This document shows, in pieces, positions 35,562 through 48,300 of a stretch of DNA of 64,000 nt. Positions within the stretch are counted from its first letter, which is position 1. Each line of letters opens with the position of its first letter. The DNA comes from Selaginella moellendorffii (lineage: Eukaryota > Plantae > Lycopodiophyta). The translations under genes were made by a program, and so were the position numbers. The notes beneath the pieces are model-generated. The model searched no databases, was not told the DNA's origin, and saw only the letters and a list, made by a program, of their open reading frames with translations. Location of the stretch: contig NW_003314417.1 in the NCBI RefSeq assembly GCF_000143415.4, forward strand, positions 151,219-215,218, in the 5' to 3' direction.

Positions 35562-37552
35562 ATGGCCTTCAGGGTTGGGGAAAAGGTTTACATTTTGAAT
35601 GGTGGGAAGAGAGTTGCAAAAGGGACCCTTGTGTCTATGGATCGGAACTTTGTTATACACTGTCAAAGGCTTGGGGAAGGCAATGTTGCTGTATCAGTAG
35701 AGACTGTCTTCGATGGGAATGTGGTCGCTATTGAACGAGGAGAGATGGTCGTCGGGGTAAATGTTGTTGTTGCCTTGAAAAATCTTCAGAAGAAAGCAGA
35801 TGTTGGGGACAGCGCAAGTGCGACGCATGTTCCCTCCGTGGATCTTAAGAACCGTGCTACATGGATTCAGGCGAAGGTGTTTCTAAACAACCCCGAGGGG
35901 GAGGTGGTAGCTGAGGGCTTAGCCACAGTTGTCGATCCAAGAGATGCGGTTGCTAATCAAGAATTGGGCTGGGATGATATTGGAGTTGCGATTTTAGAGG
36001 TTGTTGACACAGAAGAAAACAGTCTGACTATTGGAAGCATTGTGCGGTGGAAATTGAGGCACTTAGTGTTTGAGAATGTGAAGGATTCACAATCAAACAC
36101 CACTACAACTGATGACAGAACATCTCTTCATGGGAAAAGAAAGTACACCTTCCTAAAGTGCAGCCAAAGGGATCTGAGCAACGAACCGAAAAGGCAAAAA
36201 ATGGCGATGGAGGTTCGAATGGTCTCGACAGTTGCTTGTTGCAAGAGGAGGTGCTGTCAACATGCTGATTGGGATGCTATTGAAGAGGAGAGAGCAAGAT
36301 ACAAGACATTGTCCTGGAAGGCAGCTCGCAATTTTGTGTATGAGGCATTACGGTCATCTGTTGATGCTTCAGAACATCAGGTGGGGGGCATGGTCTTCCA
36401 GAGGGGTTTGGTTTGCATGAAGGCATGGAGAATCATTTATGAAGTCCCTCGAACCACATTCTACAGAATCAAAACTGAGTTCGAGGAACAAAGGGTTCAA
36501 CAGGCAGTCCAATGTCCTCACCCTCCCACAACTCTACGATGAATTCCAAAATTGCATCAAAGGCACTGTTGAAGCTGCACTTCTGACAGAGGTTCCAGAC
36601 TTTAAGGGGTTTGTAAGAGGCTATATCAGGGACGGATCCGAAACGCTGATTGGCCACTCCAAGCCTCTTCAGTTTCATTTCAGCATGCGTGACGATGCTC
36701 CAGTGATGAGGTACAAGATGAGAGAATGGGGCACAGTGTGGCTGCCAGTGGACGGCATTGAACTCTTCAAGAGAGATCCCATAACTGGGGAACCTATGAT
36801 TCCTCAGGGTTCCCCACGACTGATGCACCCGGATGGACTCAAAGACCAGGAAACTATAGTGGCCGGGATTAGACAGCATATTGCCTTCTGGAAGAGGGGG
36901 TTGGTGTTTGGTGGAGAATCCTATTTTCAGAGGTGCAAGCCTTTGCTCGAATACTGGGAGAAGATTATATCTGCTATCCAAAATGGGCCGGTTGTATATG
37001 AAGAATTGGAAGAGTCCTTTTGGCCAGAACCCAGAGCACCAGATAGTAGTGGAACAATGTCCTCTGGAAATGCAGTGACAGATAACGATGTTGAGGATCA
37101 CTATTGTGGGCCGAGGAACAAGAAGCCGGATTCAGCATTCAATCCAGTACAGGTCTGCAAAGGAATGGTCGTGCTTGTCAGACCCAGTAATAAAAAACAA
37201 ATGATATGGGTGGGGCGCTGCATCATTGATGCAGAGGAGGACGCGGAAACTAACTCCTTCAATGTAACTGTGGAGTGGTTCAAGCCAAGTTCCGGATATA
37301 CAAAGGATTGCCTAGAAAAGAGATGGGTGCTGAATCCAAGGGATCCCAGCATGAGCATATCGGTGGATAATGTTGTGCATGGTTGGATGCGGAAGCAGAG
37401 TGCCACCATCACCTTGCCAGACCATGCAAGAGATGCAGCAAGAGCATTCATAACCCGGGTTCAAGGTGAGATTCATTAATATTCCTTTACTAAGTTTCTA
37501 ATGTATTTTATTTCAAGGTGAACAATCCGAATCTGAATCAGAGGAGGCGTGA
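35562..37552 (+). pseudogene. Sola/DUF7869-like transposase with the catalytic core deleted (junction ~36500); N-terminal Tnp1/DUF8039-like repeats, C-terminal Tudor/BAH-like region
   Basis: CCKRRCCQH..VCMKAWRIIYEVPRTTFYR is joined out of frame to TLPQL..LLTEVPDFKGF..LIGHSKPLQFHF..PVMRYK..W.P..GI; the expected DDD/GHT region is absent; last intron 37466-37517, stop 37550-37552. Confidence 0.62.
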
Positions 37553-38678
37553 TGGCATGTGGCCTGAGATGATGTGACATATGCATTTACCAATCACACG
37601 TGCATAAATCTAATAATATGGCGTGTGGCCCATATTAATGGCACATAAACCCATATTGTGGGCTTATGTGCTTTATGTACCATCATTCCCTTGCAGCGTG
37701 TGTGTTGATTTCCTTTTATAACACAACGAACTCCATATTTTAGGGTGAAGAGCGTTCTCATGGCAAGCACAAAATCTGTAAGTGAGGCAGAAAAGGAGAC
37801 AGAGAAGGAGATAGGTGAAGATGTAGAATATATAAGTCTTCCAAACTCCCCGTACTATACTCCAGGTGATCATTTTTCTGAACAAACGGCAACATTAACA
37901 ACTATCGAGAACGCCCCAGTAACGTCAGAGACAACAATCCAAAGCAAAACAATTGACCCGGAGAAGGATGATAGTACCGCTGAGAGTACCAAAAAGGAGG
38001 TGTCCACTAGCGCTTAGGCTTATAATGGCGTGTGCCCTCATGCCATTTACTTGATCACCAAATACCTTTTTCCCTTTGCACTAGTATATCTTAATACCGG
38101 TCTGAGAAATAGAATGGCATGTGCCCTCAGGCCTTTTACTAAATCACCTTTGAAAGAAATGCAAGCCTCTATGTCGTAAAAAAAAGGTACTAGAGAAATT
38201 CCTTAATAATATGAATGTTATTTAGTTTCATGAAAATACACTAAGGGTCAAATGAGTTAAATGACTTCTCCAGACTAGCAATACCTCTTGCTACACCTTC
38301 ACAATTAGATTCGTTAGAAAAAGATAACATTGAATAATATCTAAATGTTCTCACCATTAAGTGATATGTCTGGCTAATAGGAATGACGTTCATCTTGGAA
38401 AGCTCACCACACGCTCAATGAACAAACAAATAGTGTGTGCGCGCATGCCATCGCTCTTCTTTAGCTTCAGATTCGGCTTGTTCACCTTGACAATGAGATT
38501 TATTATACAACCAGATAGACTCAGTCTGGACATAAAGTCACCGCACTAGTCACCATGCCCCAGATATGTCTAGCCCCTGGACAAAAAACATATAATTTCA
38601 CGTCATTTTCAAATACTTGAAAATTTGTACCTAGTCCCATTTTACTGAATAAATCCCACTTTAACGAAATAGAGCATC

Positions 38679-41600
38679 TTAAGGAACTCAAGATCAATTC
38701 ATTTACAGGAATACATGCATTTTTACCTTTGGGTCAACTTCCGGCTGATCCCACTTGGTAGCCTGAGGTTCTTGGTGTTCAGCCACACCTTCTCCCCAGC
38801 TTGGAACTCTATTTCCCGACACTTCTGGTTTGTGTACTTGGTTTGCCTTTGTTGAGCCCGTTCCAAGGAATCCCTCACCAGATTCCAAATGTTGAGTCTT
38901 TCCACCGTGAATGCCTCCACTGCGGGTAACTCTCCATGGTACTCGGCCACGCCGAGTTCCATAGGACCTTCAATAGCTCGCCCATTGATGACTTCCCATG
39001 GACTCACACTGATGCTCGAATGTGGTGAGTTGTTATAACACATTTCCGCAAGTCCTAAATGACTTACCCAATCAGTCTGGTCTCCTGAGACATAGCATCG
39101 CAAATAATCCTCCAGCTGCCTATTCACCCTTTCCGTTTGTCTGTCTGTCAAGCAGTGTTAGTGCCATCAAACTTGACTTAATACCTATTACCTGTTTGTG
39201 GGTGGTAGGCTGTGCTGAATTTCAACTTGGTGCGATACTATTCCAGGAGTGTTCTCCAGAACCTACTGGTGAAAATCTTATCTCGATCTGAGATTATCTC
39301 TTTTGGCCTTCTCTGCACTCGAACCACTTGTTCAAAGAATAGCTTCACCACACCTTCTGCATCCACTTCCATTATGGTGGGTATGAAATGTGCCATCTTC
39401 GAAAATCGATCCACCACCACGAATATCGCATCAAATCCCTCGTTTGGGGGGAATCCCGTGATGAAGTCCATCGTAAGACATTTCTACGGACGATCTGGAA
39501 TTGGGATGCTTTGTAACAAGCCCCCATTAGCCTTAGTCACAGCTTTGACCTGCTGACATGTTGGGCATGTCTTTACCTAGTCTTGGACATCCTTAGCCAT
39601 ATCTAGCCAGTGGTACTTCCTCTTGAGTAAGCCCATTGTCTTGGGTACTCCGCCGTGTCCCGCAAGAGGTCCATCGTGACACTCTTCTAAGGCTACCTTC
39701 CGTAGTTCCCCTTCTAGAATAGACACCCTTGTTTGCTTGTAATATATGAGTCCGTTGTGTTCCACATAGCCCGTTTTCTCTTCCATTGGTAGCTCACCTC
39801 TCTGGTGAGCTTCCCGTGCCTCTAGATTCCTCAGCAACACTTCTTGTGCTAAACCATCATTCTCATATGCAGTCCACACATCGTCCCAAAAGGTTGTTGT
39901 TGTGCTGGATATCGCCAACTTCAAGCTCACTTTTCGACTTAGTGCATCTGCCACGATGTTGCTCTTCCCAGGCTTGTACCGAATCTCGCAATCAAACTCG
40001 GCCAAAGCATTGGCCCACTGACCTTGTTTCCCTCTTGGGTCGGGCTGTGACAAGAAGTGTTTCGTTGCCACATTGTCCATGTAAACCTTGAAGTGTCTCC
40101 CAAGGTAGTGTCGCCACTCCTTAAGCGCCCTTACCACCGCAAACAATTCCTTCTCGTGGGCAGGCCACTTCCGTTGAGCCTTGTCCAACTTCTTCGAGAA
40201 GAACGCTACTAGATGGTTGTCTTGCTTCAAAACTGCACCCAACGCAAAGTCTGAAGCATCCGTTTCTACCTCAAAGTCTTTACCAAAGTCTGGTAACGTC
40301 AATACGGGAGCCTTCCTCAACTTCCCCTTGAGGTGGACGAATGCCGCCTCGCATTCCGCTGTCTATACCATCTTCCCTTTTCCTGTTTGGTCCGTTAAGG
40401 GCAGGGCTACTCTCGAATAGTGTCTGATAAGCTTTTGATAGTAGTTGCATAGCCCTAAGAATGCCCTTAACTTGTGTACATTCAATGGTCACTCCCAATC
40501 TTGGATCGCTTGGACCTTCTCAGGGTCCACCTTGAGCCCGTCCTTGCCCACCACATGCTCGAGAAACTTTACCTTTTGTTGAGCAAAGTCACATTTGCTC
40601 TCTTTAGCATACAGCTGGTGTTCCCTTAGTTTCTCAAACACCTTCGTCAAGTGTTTGGCATGCTCCTATAGCGTTTCGCTATAGATCAGGATGTCGTTAA
40701 TATAGACGACCACGAAGTGATCCAGATAGGGTACAAAGATATGGTTCATCAACACCGAAAACATTGCCGGCGCATTGCATAGCCCGAAGGGCATCACCAG
40801 AAACTCAAAGCTCCCATACCTCGTTCGACAGGTTCTCTTCTCAACATCTTCCTCTGCTACCCTGATCTGGTAGTATCCTGACCTTAAGTCAATCGTTGAG
40901 AAGTATTTTGCCTTTCCCAACCTATCGAACAGGTCCTCAATCCTTGGCAAAGGGTACTTGTTCTTCTTTGTATACTTGTTGAGTAACCGGTAGTTTATGC
41001 ACATGCGCATAGATCCATCTTTCTTTTTCACAAGTAGCACCAGTGCCTCATATGGCGACTTGCTCAGCCTAACATACCCTTTGTCCACCAACTCCTCTAG
41101 TTGGCGCTTGAGCTCCTCGAGTTCCTTTTCATTCAAACGATAGGGGGGACGAACCACCACCTCAGCACCCTCGACTAACTCAATCTTATGTTCTATCAGT
41201 TGTGCGGGGGGCAACCCTGCCAGTAGCTCCTCTGGCATAGTATCCTAAAATTGGTCCAACACCCGCTAGATCACCAAAGGTACTTCTTCCGTTCCTGTCT
41301 TTTTATCACTCCTCACCGAGAGTAAGCACAAAAATGCTGCTTTGGTCCCTTTAGTGAGTTGTCCTCTCGTGCACACCAGGTTTAAGCATGAATCTTTGGC
41401 CTTGCATTGCCCCACCTTTAGATCCTAGGCCTCCACGAACCAATTGAACCAATCCATCCCGAAGATCACGTCAAATCCCGCCATGTCCAACACAGTGAAA
41501 TCCATGTCTACTTTCCATGTCCCTACTTCGACTCTCGCTTGTCGAAATACCTCATCGGTGCTTTGGCTACCTTGAACAAACTCTATAGTCCTTGGTTCGC

Positions 41601-42983
41601 CCAGCCGCTGCACCGTTAGTCCGACTTGCCGGACTATGTCTGCAGCCACAAAATTATCCGAAGCACCCGTGTCAATAAGGATCTTAACAAAGCTACCCCC
41701 GAGCTTCCCTCGGAGGGCTAGTAGATGTCGCAAACAACTCTCTACCAAAGTTGCTCGTGTAATGAGTAACATTGAGCTAGGGTCTGGATCACATACTTTA
41801 GTTTGGACTTCACTCGACTTAATGGCCATATTGGCTCTAGCCTTCTTCGGGTAGAAACATTCCTTCGAAAAGTGTCCTGCTTCACCGCAGTTGTAGCATA
41901 TGTTGTTTCCCACGCTGCTAAATAACTTGACCTTCTTATCCGTGGGTTTGTCTCTTTTTGCTTGACTCCCCCATGTACTCGCTCGCTAGCCACTGGATTT
42001 GCCTTTCCGGAACCCCGAGGACTCATTCTTAGAGAAACTCTTCTTGAATTTCCCCTTACTATACATTCCCCTTGGTTTAGCCCCTTTGCTAAATGTGGAC
42101 CCCGACCCCATCGCGTTCCCCTTTCGAAGGTTATTGTTGAAATGCACCTTGATGGCCGCATCCAACACTTCCTTGTAGTTGGTCAAGTTCCAGCGCATCA
42201 TCTCACCGCGAGCCTAGGTTTGCAAACCTGATATGAAGGCATGGAACACATCCATATCCCCCATATCCATGACAAGTATCTTCTTTGTTCACATACTCCT
42301 GAATGGTTCCGATCTGCTTCAGCTACTCAGCTCGTCTCTCAAATGCAGAGTAGCATTCGAAGGAACGTAAGTTGCACGGATCCTCACCTTCATCATGTCC
42401 CAAGTGGCCACCGGTCCTTTGTTCGCCTCCGTCATTCTCCACCAAGACTTGACATTATCTGCCAAGTATGGTTTTGCACATGGGACCTTCTCCGAGCTCG
42501 GTAATCGCAACGCTCGGAAGTAGTCCTCCATATCGTAAAACCAATCCTCCACTACCTTATAGTCATTCACTCCCTTGAAGATCGGTGGGGGCTTTGGTTT
42601 GTACTTGGGCACTGCTTGTGGGACTAATTCCACTTCGGTCTGTTCGACCTTGTTTAGTTTTGCCTCAGTCCCTGCCGAAGGGTCCGCACCTTCTGGGCTG
42701 CTAGCATCCGCAGTCTTTTGCCTTTTCTTCCGCTTCTCATCACGCTTTAGCTTGCGCACGAAAGTCTCCAGAAGGGTATTGGTCTGTGCCAATTGTCCTT
42801 CTAGAACGTCCAATCAAGCCTTGATGACCGAACCTCACCACCGGACTCCTATTTGGAAGTTTTCTCACTGGAGTCTTCCTCATGCAAGGATTCCTCATCC
42901 ATAGCCTCTTGTTCGACTAAAGGCTCCAGCTCTGGAGGAGGTTCCGTCTCTGCCTTGGTTCGTTTTCGCCCTGCATTTGCCAT
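38679..42983 (-). pseudogene. gag-pol of element C (stops, frameshifts, deletions); chromodomain exon continues at 25990-26371
   Basis: ORF fragments 42319-42813, 41425-41913, 40666-41238, 39577-40320, 39238-39471 and 38723-39151 closely match the element A protein. Confidence 0.92.
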
Positions 42984-43340
42984 CTCTTAGCAATCCGCCT
43001 CTATCTTTCGCTAGAATTGAGGAAAAGGCTCCGATACCAAATTGTAAGCCATAAATTTTTCCTTTCTAATTTGCCAACTTACCTTGTCTACCCGTCCAAC
43101 ACTACCTTGGCTTTTGCTAAGTTCCCTCGCCAAGGTTCTTGCCTATGGTACCAGCTTCTACTTGGGCCTACTTGGTTTCAGCTACTCACTGCACGAGTAA
43201 CGGAGCGTTAGCCATCCATCCACGGATACTATTTGTCAAGCATACTTGATCTGGCTAGAGAAACTCATTTGCTGACTTGCACTTGCTAGTGTTGGGAACC
43301 CCCTCGATATTGAGTCTAGTCCCTCAATATTTTTATATGA

Positions 43341-44185
43341 TAGCTTACCATGTCCGCCAAACACCCTTGCTATCATACCCTTTGTGTTAGTCTCATTTCG
43401 GTCCTAAATGCTATTTGTGGAAAGTGTCTAGATTCACTCATTTGGCATATTTACGGAATGTAAAGATCGGCTTGAACACAATTGTGTTCATTCCGTGTCC
43501 AAATTTACAATCTAGGGACATTCTATATTTAGTAAATTTCGAGCTTATCACAGAGACTAACTCCTAGTACTAAGGGTGGCTTGGGGTGAAAGCCCAAAGC
43601 ATGCGTTCCTCAAAGGGGGGGGGGGGGGGGGGGGGCTGTGGGGGGTTCTAAATATATAGTAGGGATAATGAATAGGTCGGGCATGGTCTAGCCTGAGGCA
43701 TAGTCTAGCTCCCACTTGCATGTTTGTCCTTGTTCTACGTTTGGCTTGGGTCTAACCATGCTAGCTGGTGGAGTACCCATGTCCTCGCGTTAAGCCACCG
43801 ATATGCAGAAATAGCGCCAAACTCCATTTGGCTCCATTTTGCGTGCTGGTCCTGGCGTTGGGATGCTGAATATTCTAGGATACTCTAGGACTATTCCAAG
43901 TTGCTCTATGTTCCTGTCCCTTTGCTCCTTGAACTGTATGCTCGAGAGTCGTTCTGTGCTCTAGCACTATCGCTCCTTATCTCCATACTTGGGAGTTTGG
44001 CACCCTTCCTTCATTCTATAGCCCAAGGCCCTAAAACTCAGGTTCCATACTATTATCCTTTGGACATGTGGCATGTGACATATGGTATGTGACATGTGGC
44101 ACATAGAGGGTTTAGGTTCCACTTCGTGGTTATCCTATGGTAAATCACCATAAAATAAAGGGTAAAACCACATATGTTATAATTA
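43341..44185 (+). mobile_element. LTR fragment related to family B and to 1615-2105
   Basis: 43341-43630 matches 19820-20105; includes the gggtgaaagccc/poly-G module. Confidence 0.7.
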
Positions 44186-44224
44186 TCGCATACTGTCACT
44201 ATGAAAGCCATCAATGAAGTAGGA

Positions 44225-45102
44225 TTTATTTGGATCTGGATCCTTTGTTAGAACACAGCTAACCAAGCAAATAAGCTTCTCAATATAGTCCTTGAGCATC
44301 ATTTTCCCTTCCTGGAAATGTCAAATTTTTGTGCAAGCATTCTTCACGTCATAGTGAGGGGCAAAACATAAATGAAAAGTAATTTAAAACTCATCTATAG
44401 TAGACACTGATGGTTTTTTATCCGCAATACAATACTCCTTAAGCCAATTCCACTATTGAAGACTTACATCATGCAAAATCATTACAATAACCACTAAAGC
44501 CTCTACATCTTGAGTTCCTCTAACAACCAAGAACTTCTTCACATTGGCTAGCCAAGTTAAACACTCGTCCACACCACTATCACTGGAAAAGGTTGGAATC
44601 TTGAGTTGATCTATTAAGGAAGGTTTACTTAGAGCACCACCATGTCTAGCCGTGAGTGCCTCAACACACTTATGCATGGTATCCATCATGTCATACATCT
44701 CGTCTTGCATCTTTTGCTGATTTTGATTAAGGGCTCACAACTCATGAATAAAATCTTGAATGGTCCAAATCTCTACAACTCCATTAGCACCATCATCAAC
44801 ACTACTATCGACAATAGGATTTTAGCATTTAGCTTGGTCTGCCATTGCAACCAACTCCTCTGATACCAATGTTATGATCCAGCGCAAAAAGAAAAAGATC
44901 TAGTCTCCCTAAAGTATACTGCATCTCTTCTTGAAGTTCTTCACCACCTAACCACCCCTAAGCTACCTCAAAAGCTCCATTATGCTGCCACTCCACTATG
45001 AGCCCTAGGGTAGGATAAGTTCCTTACCCTAACATGGATTAATATACCCTTGAGCTTCACTTTGACTGACATTGACCACATGGTCAAAGCTGGTGCCTAA
45101 CA
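44225..45102 (-). mobile_element. Truncated family D element: LTR (~44869-45102), PBS and 5' gag
   Basis: Reverse complement of 3104-3990; gag KPSLIDQLKIPTFS; PBS ctctgatacca at ~44858-44868. Confidence 0.85.
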
Positions 45103-47329
45103 GTAGGGCTGATCCACTAAAGCAGTTCCAAATTAGGATAAATGGTAAAATACATAGCTATAACAACCTCTCTATATAAGCAACAAATATCGATAAGGAG
45201 AGAGATGCTCACCTCTCTCTTCTCTTAATCATAAAAGCTGACCTCGAGAGAAGAGAGATATGCTAATCAGATCTGGATATTCTGCTTGTATGGCAGTAGT
45301 TCTCTTTGTCCTCACTCAAAAAATAAGTGAGAGAGTAGCTCAAAAAATGCTAAGTCTTGAACTGGATCCACTATAGAACTGGATCATCCTTTCCTCTCTC
45401 TCTCTCTCAATAAGCTCTTACTAAGATTGGGATACCAAGAATTACAAAGATCTTGTTGAGATCCAGGGTCTAGAAGCTTAGTCTGGAAGCTTGATTTCAA
45501 GGCTGAAGCTCAACAGTTTCATCCTCTGCACTCTCTCTGCTTGTCAATCAACAACACCTCCTTCCCTGATTGCAAATCTCCAAACATGTTTGGCACCCAT
45601 GTATTATCTCCTGTAACAGCTACAATATGCTCTCATCTGCGACACTATAGCGAGCTTGGTTTTACAATTTCCAATGTGATTGCCACATCTCACTCCAGCT
45701 CATCATGCCATGTAAAGTGGCTATTGGCTGCTGTCGGCGATAGGCCACATGGCTACAGTTCTCCCAGAAGACCTGAGCACAAGATTGGATCATCCCATTC
45801 CTCAATGATCTGGGAAAGAGACCAGCTCATCTGAACTACTAATAAGCTCAGTCTTGGAGCTCTTGGACTGACCTGAGACCTTAATCATGAGTCTCTCCCT
45901 GGTCTTAGATATGCCCATAAGTGTTAATGACTAAAGTGACTCCATCGACTGATTGGGTGGCTCACTCACTGGGGCCGGCTCACCACCACCACCATGTCTT
46001 TCAACATGAGCTCTAAGTAGTTATGTACAACTCAACGGAACATGACATATGACTCGATGGCTCACTAAATGTCCAGCCCACTAGAGAATTTAGTTATTCT
46101 ATTGTGAGATCTAGTATTTATCTCACAGCTTCTATGGGCATTCATTTCTCTCTTTACGTTGTCCATGAGGAATTTGGAGCTTTCTTGCCCCTTCTTGGTC
46201 CACATTTTTGTAACTGAGGGATAGATTGGGTCTGGAGCTTTCCAAAGAGTCCTCTCTTGCTCAATTTCATAGCTTGGAGCTAGATTTTTGGTTTACAAAG
46301 TGGGGTAAATTCTCTGTCCTGGCTCTTGTTAATTCAATGGCTGGATAATAAATCCTTGTTCCTCCTGACACATCTACATAGAGTTTCAGCCCTCATCACA
46401 TGTTGAGCACTTAGTGGAGGTGATTGTTGAGTTTTCTCTAAACATAGCTAGTCACTCCATTGTGCCAATGTTGTTGATGATCTTCAGAATGCTGGTAAAA
46501 TATAAATATAAAACAAAAATATAAATACAGTAAAAACTAAGTTCCAATGCCTAGTCCCCTTATAGTTGATGTAGCACTATTTAATTTGATGTAGCCAGTT
46601 TTACAATGTTTATGATGCATCCCTCTTGATCTTTGGTGATTCTTGGGTGGCTACTAGATCAGGTTCATCACCTTCTATAAGCTCATTGGGGTTGAGCAAT
46701 AGACTACTAAACATTTTCCATCTCAAGGCATTTTTAATTTATGCCCATATGAATAAGGAGTAGTTCCTTAGGGTGGGGTTCCATACTCCACCCACCTGGA
46801 AATTTCTCCTCCCCCCCCCCCCTCCAGAAACAACTTTCCCCTCCTTTTTTTTAAAATGGTTACATTACATGTAACCCTCTTTTTTATATGCCACATAAGG
46901 CTACACATTAGCTTCTTTTTTTCCACATCATAATGGATTAGGATGCCATTTTTTTTTACCCTAAATTGAGTGCATAGCATGCCATAGCTTGGCAATTCTT
47001 CCTTGGCAATCATTTCCCATGCTGTAGAGATTGTGATGAGGTACTTAAATTTGGTAGAGTTGTTCTTTCTGGAGGAGGACATGATCTTAGTTCCAGTTTC
47101 AAGAAAGCTTTTATTCATTCGAATGGTGGAGGAAGCGATTGCTATAGTGCTTTCTATGCGATGTCCTACTGCAACTTCATTTATTAAAAGAGTGATCACT
47201 AAAAAGGAGCTCCTAGGGCTATTGATTGGTGTGGATTACATCAAGCCAAGAAGTCTCCACTGGCGGTATCAAATAAAGCTTCAGGTTCTCCATATAAATC
47301 CACAAAGATTCAGAGAAGTTTTTTAGTAT

Positions 47330-48300
47330 CTACATTCACTTTTCTTTGTGATGAGCTTGCTCCAAAATTGGCCAGGAGGCCTCCTCCAGATTTGGCAGAA
47401 ATACCAAAGTAGCACTTACTATTTCAAAGCAAGTAGCTATTGCTTTGAAATGCTTGGTATTCGGGGATACATGGCAAATAATTGGTGATGCATTTAGAGT
47501 GGCTTCATGCACTCAAGCTTGTCTATGCTAATTTAGGTATTCATTGCTTGAGCATGAAGGACTAATGATCCATTGCAAATGAGGAGGGAATAAATGAAGT
47601 TATAGCATGATTTCAGAGATTGCATGGATTCCCAAATTGTTGTGGTGCAATGGATTACACTCATATGGCAATTGAGCTCCTAGGATCAGAGGATGCAATA
47701 GATTGGTATGCTAGGGCAAAAACGTACTACTCAATGGTAGTTCAAGTTGTGGTAGACAATAAAACTTCATTCCTTGATATAACAATAGGGATAGTAGGTA
47801 GTGTTCCAGATAGACAAGTTTGGAATTCTAGTGGTTTGAAGAAGGCATAGATAGAGAAGAAGTGTTTATGTGGTCCAATGTAGCACACAGAGTTTAGGGA
47901 CATTCCATTGTATATCATTGCTGACAGAGGATAAGAGTATGCTTTACTGGTTTTGGTCTTATATCCAAACAAGTTTCATGGCAAAGAGCAATAAAACTTT
48001 CTTCATTCTTCTATGAGGATTGTTGTCAAGCAATCTTTTAGAATTTTAAAGAGGTAATGGAAATTGCTTGGTTAGAAGGGATTTAAAGGACATCTAGGCA
48101 TCCTTGCGAATAACATCATGTCTTGCTGTGTGCTGCATACCTTGATGATCACAAGGAATGACAGGTTCATGGAAAATTTTGACCACAATAGATCTAACTA
48201 CAATGCAGACTACCTTCCACAAAGGTCTCTTTGTTCAGTTAAAGATGGCATAGCATTAAGAGACACTGTGGAAAATTTTGTAGAAAGCTTGGAGTGACAG
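47330..48300 (+). pseudogene. PIF/Harbinger (HARBI1-like DDE_Tnp_4) transposase remnant
   Basis: GFPNCCGAMDYTHMAI...YYSMVVQVVVD...GSVPDRQVWNSS; YIIADRG; CCVLH. Confidence 0.85.

Larger units (their letters stand above)
26764..38136. repeat. Dispersed 24-bp imperfect palindrome AATGGCRTGWGGCCWCAYGCCATT, about 25 copies
   Basis: Copies near 26764, 27834, 27909, 29154, 29345, 29486, 30957, 32235, 32293, 32371, 33160, 33294, 33454, 33532, 34397, 34468, 35083, 35181, 35351, 35387, 35457, 37551 (partial), 37617 (partial), 38024, 38113. Confidence 0.88.
26380..38678. mobile_element. 12.3-kb TIR DNA transposon with TTAA target-site duplication, Sola/DUF7869-like, non-autonomous and cargo-carrying
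   Basis: The empty site in element A reads cctgcTTAAggaac on this strand; here TTAA lies at 26376-26379 and 38679-38682; TIR core gctttatttcgttaaagtggga (26381-26402) vs 38654-38675, 21/22 match. Confidence 0.9.
24418..43227 (-). mobile_element. Older copy of chromovirus family A (element C), interrupted by a 12.3-kb DNA transposon; 5' LTR truncated
   Basis: 3' LTR 24418-25588; internal parts 25589-26379 and 38679-43042 collinear with element A; PBS reverse complement ~43028-43039; LTR remnant 43043-43227. Confidence 0.92.

Noticed and set aside
26764-38136. Palindromic repeats read as a CRISPR array
   Set aside because: Spacing is irregular (tens to thousands of bp), copies sit in introns, there are no cas genes and the context is eukaryotic
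26376-38682. piggyBac assignment based on the TTAA TSD
   Set aside because: Termini are not CCY..RGG and no piggyBac-like transposase motifs are visible
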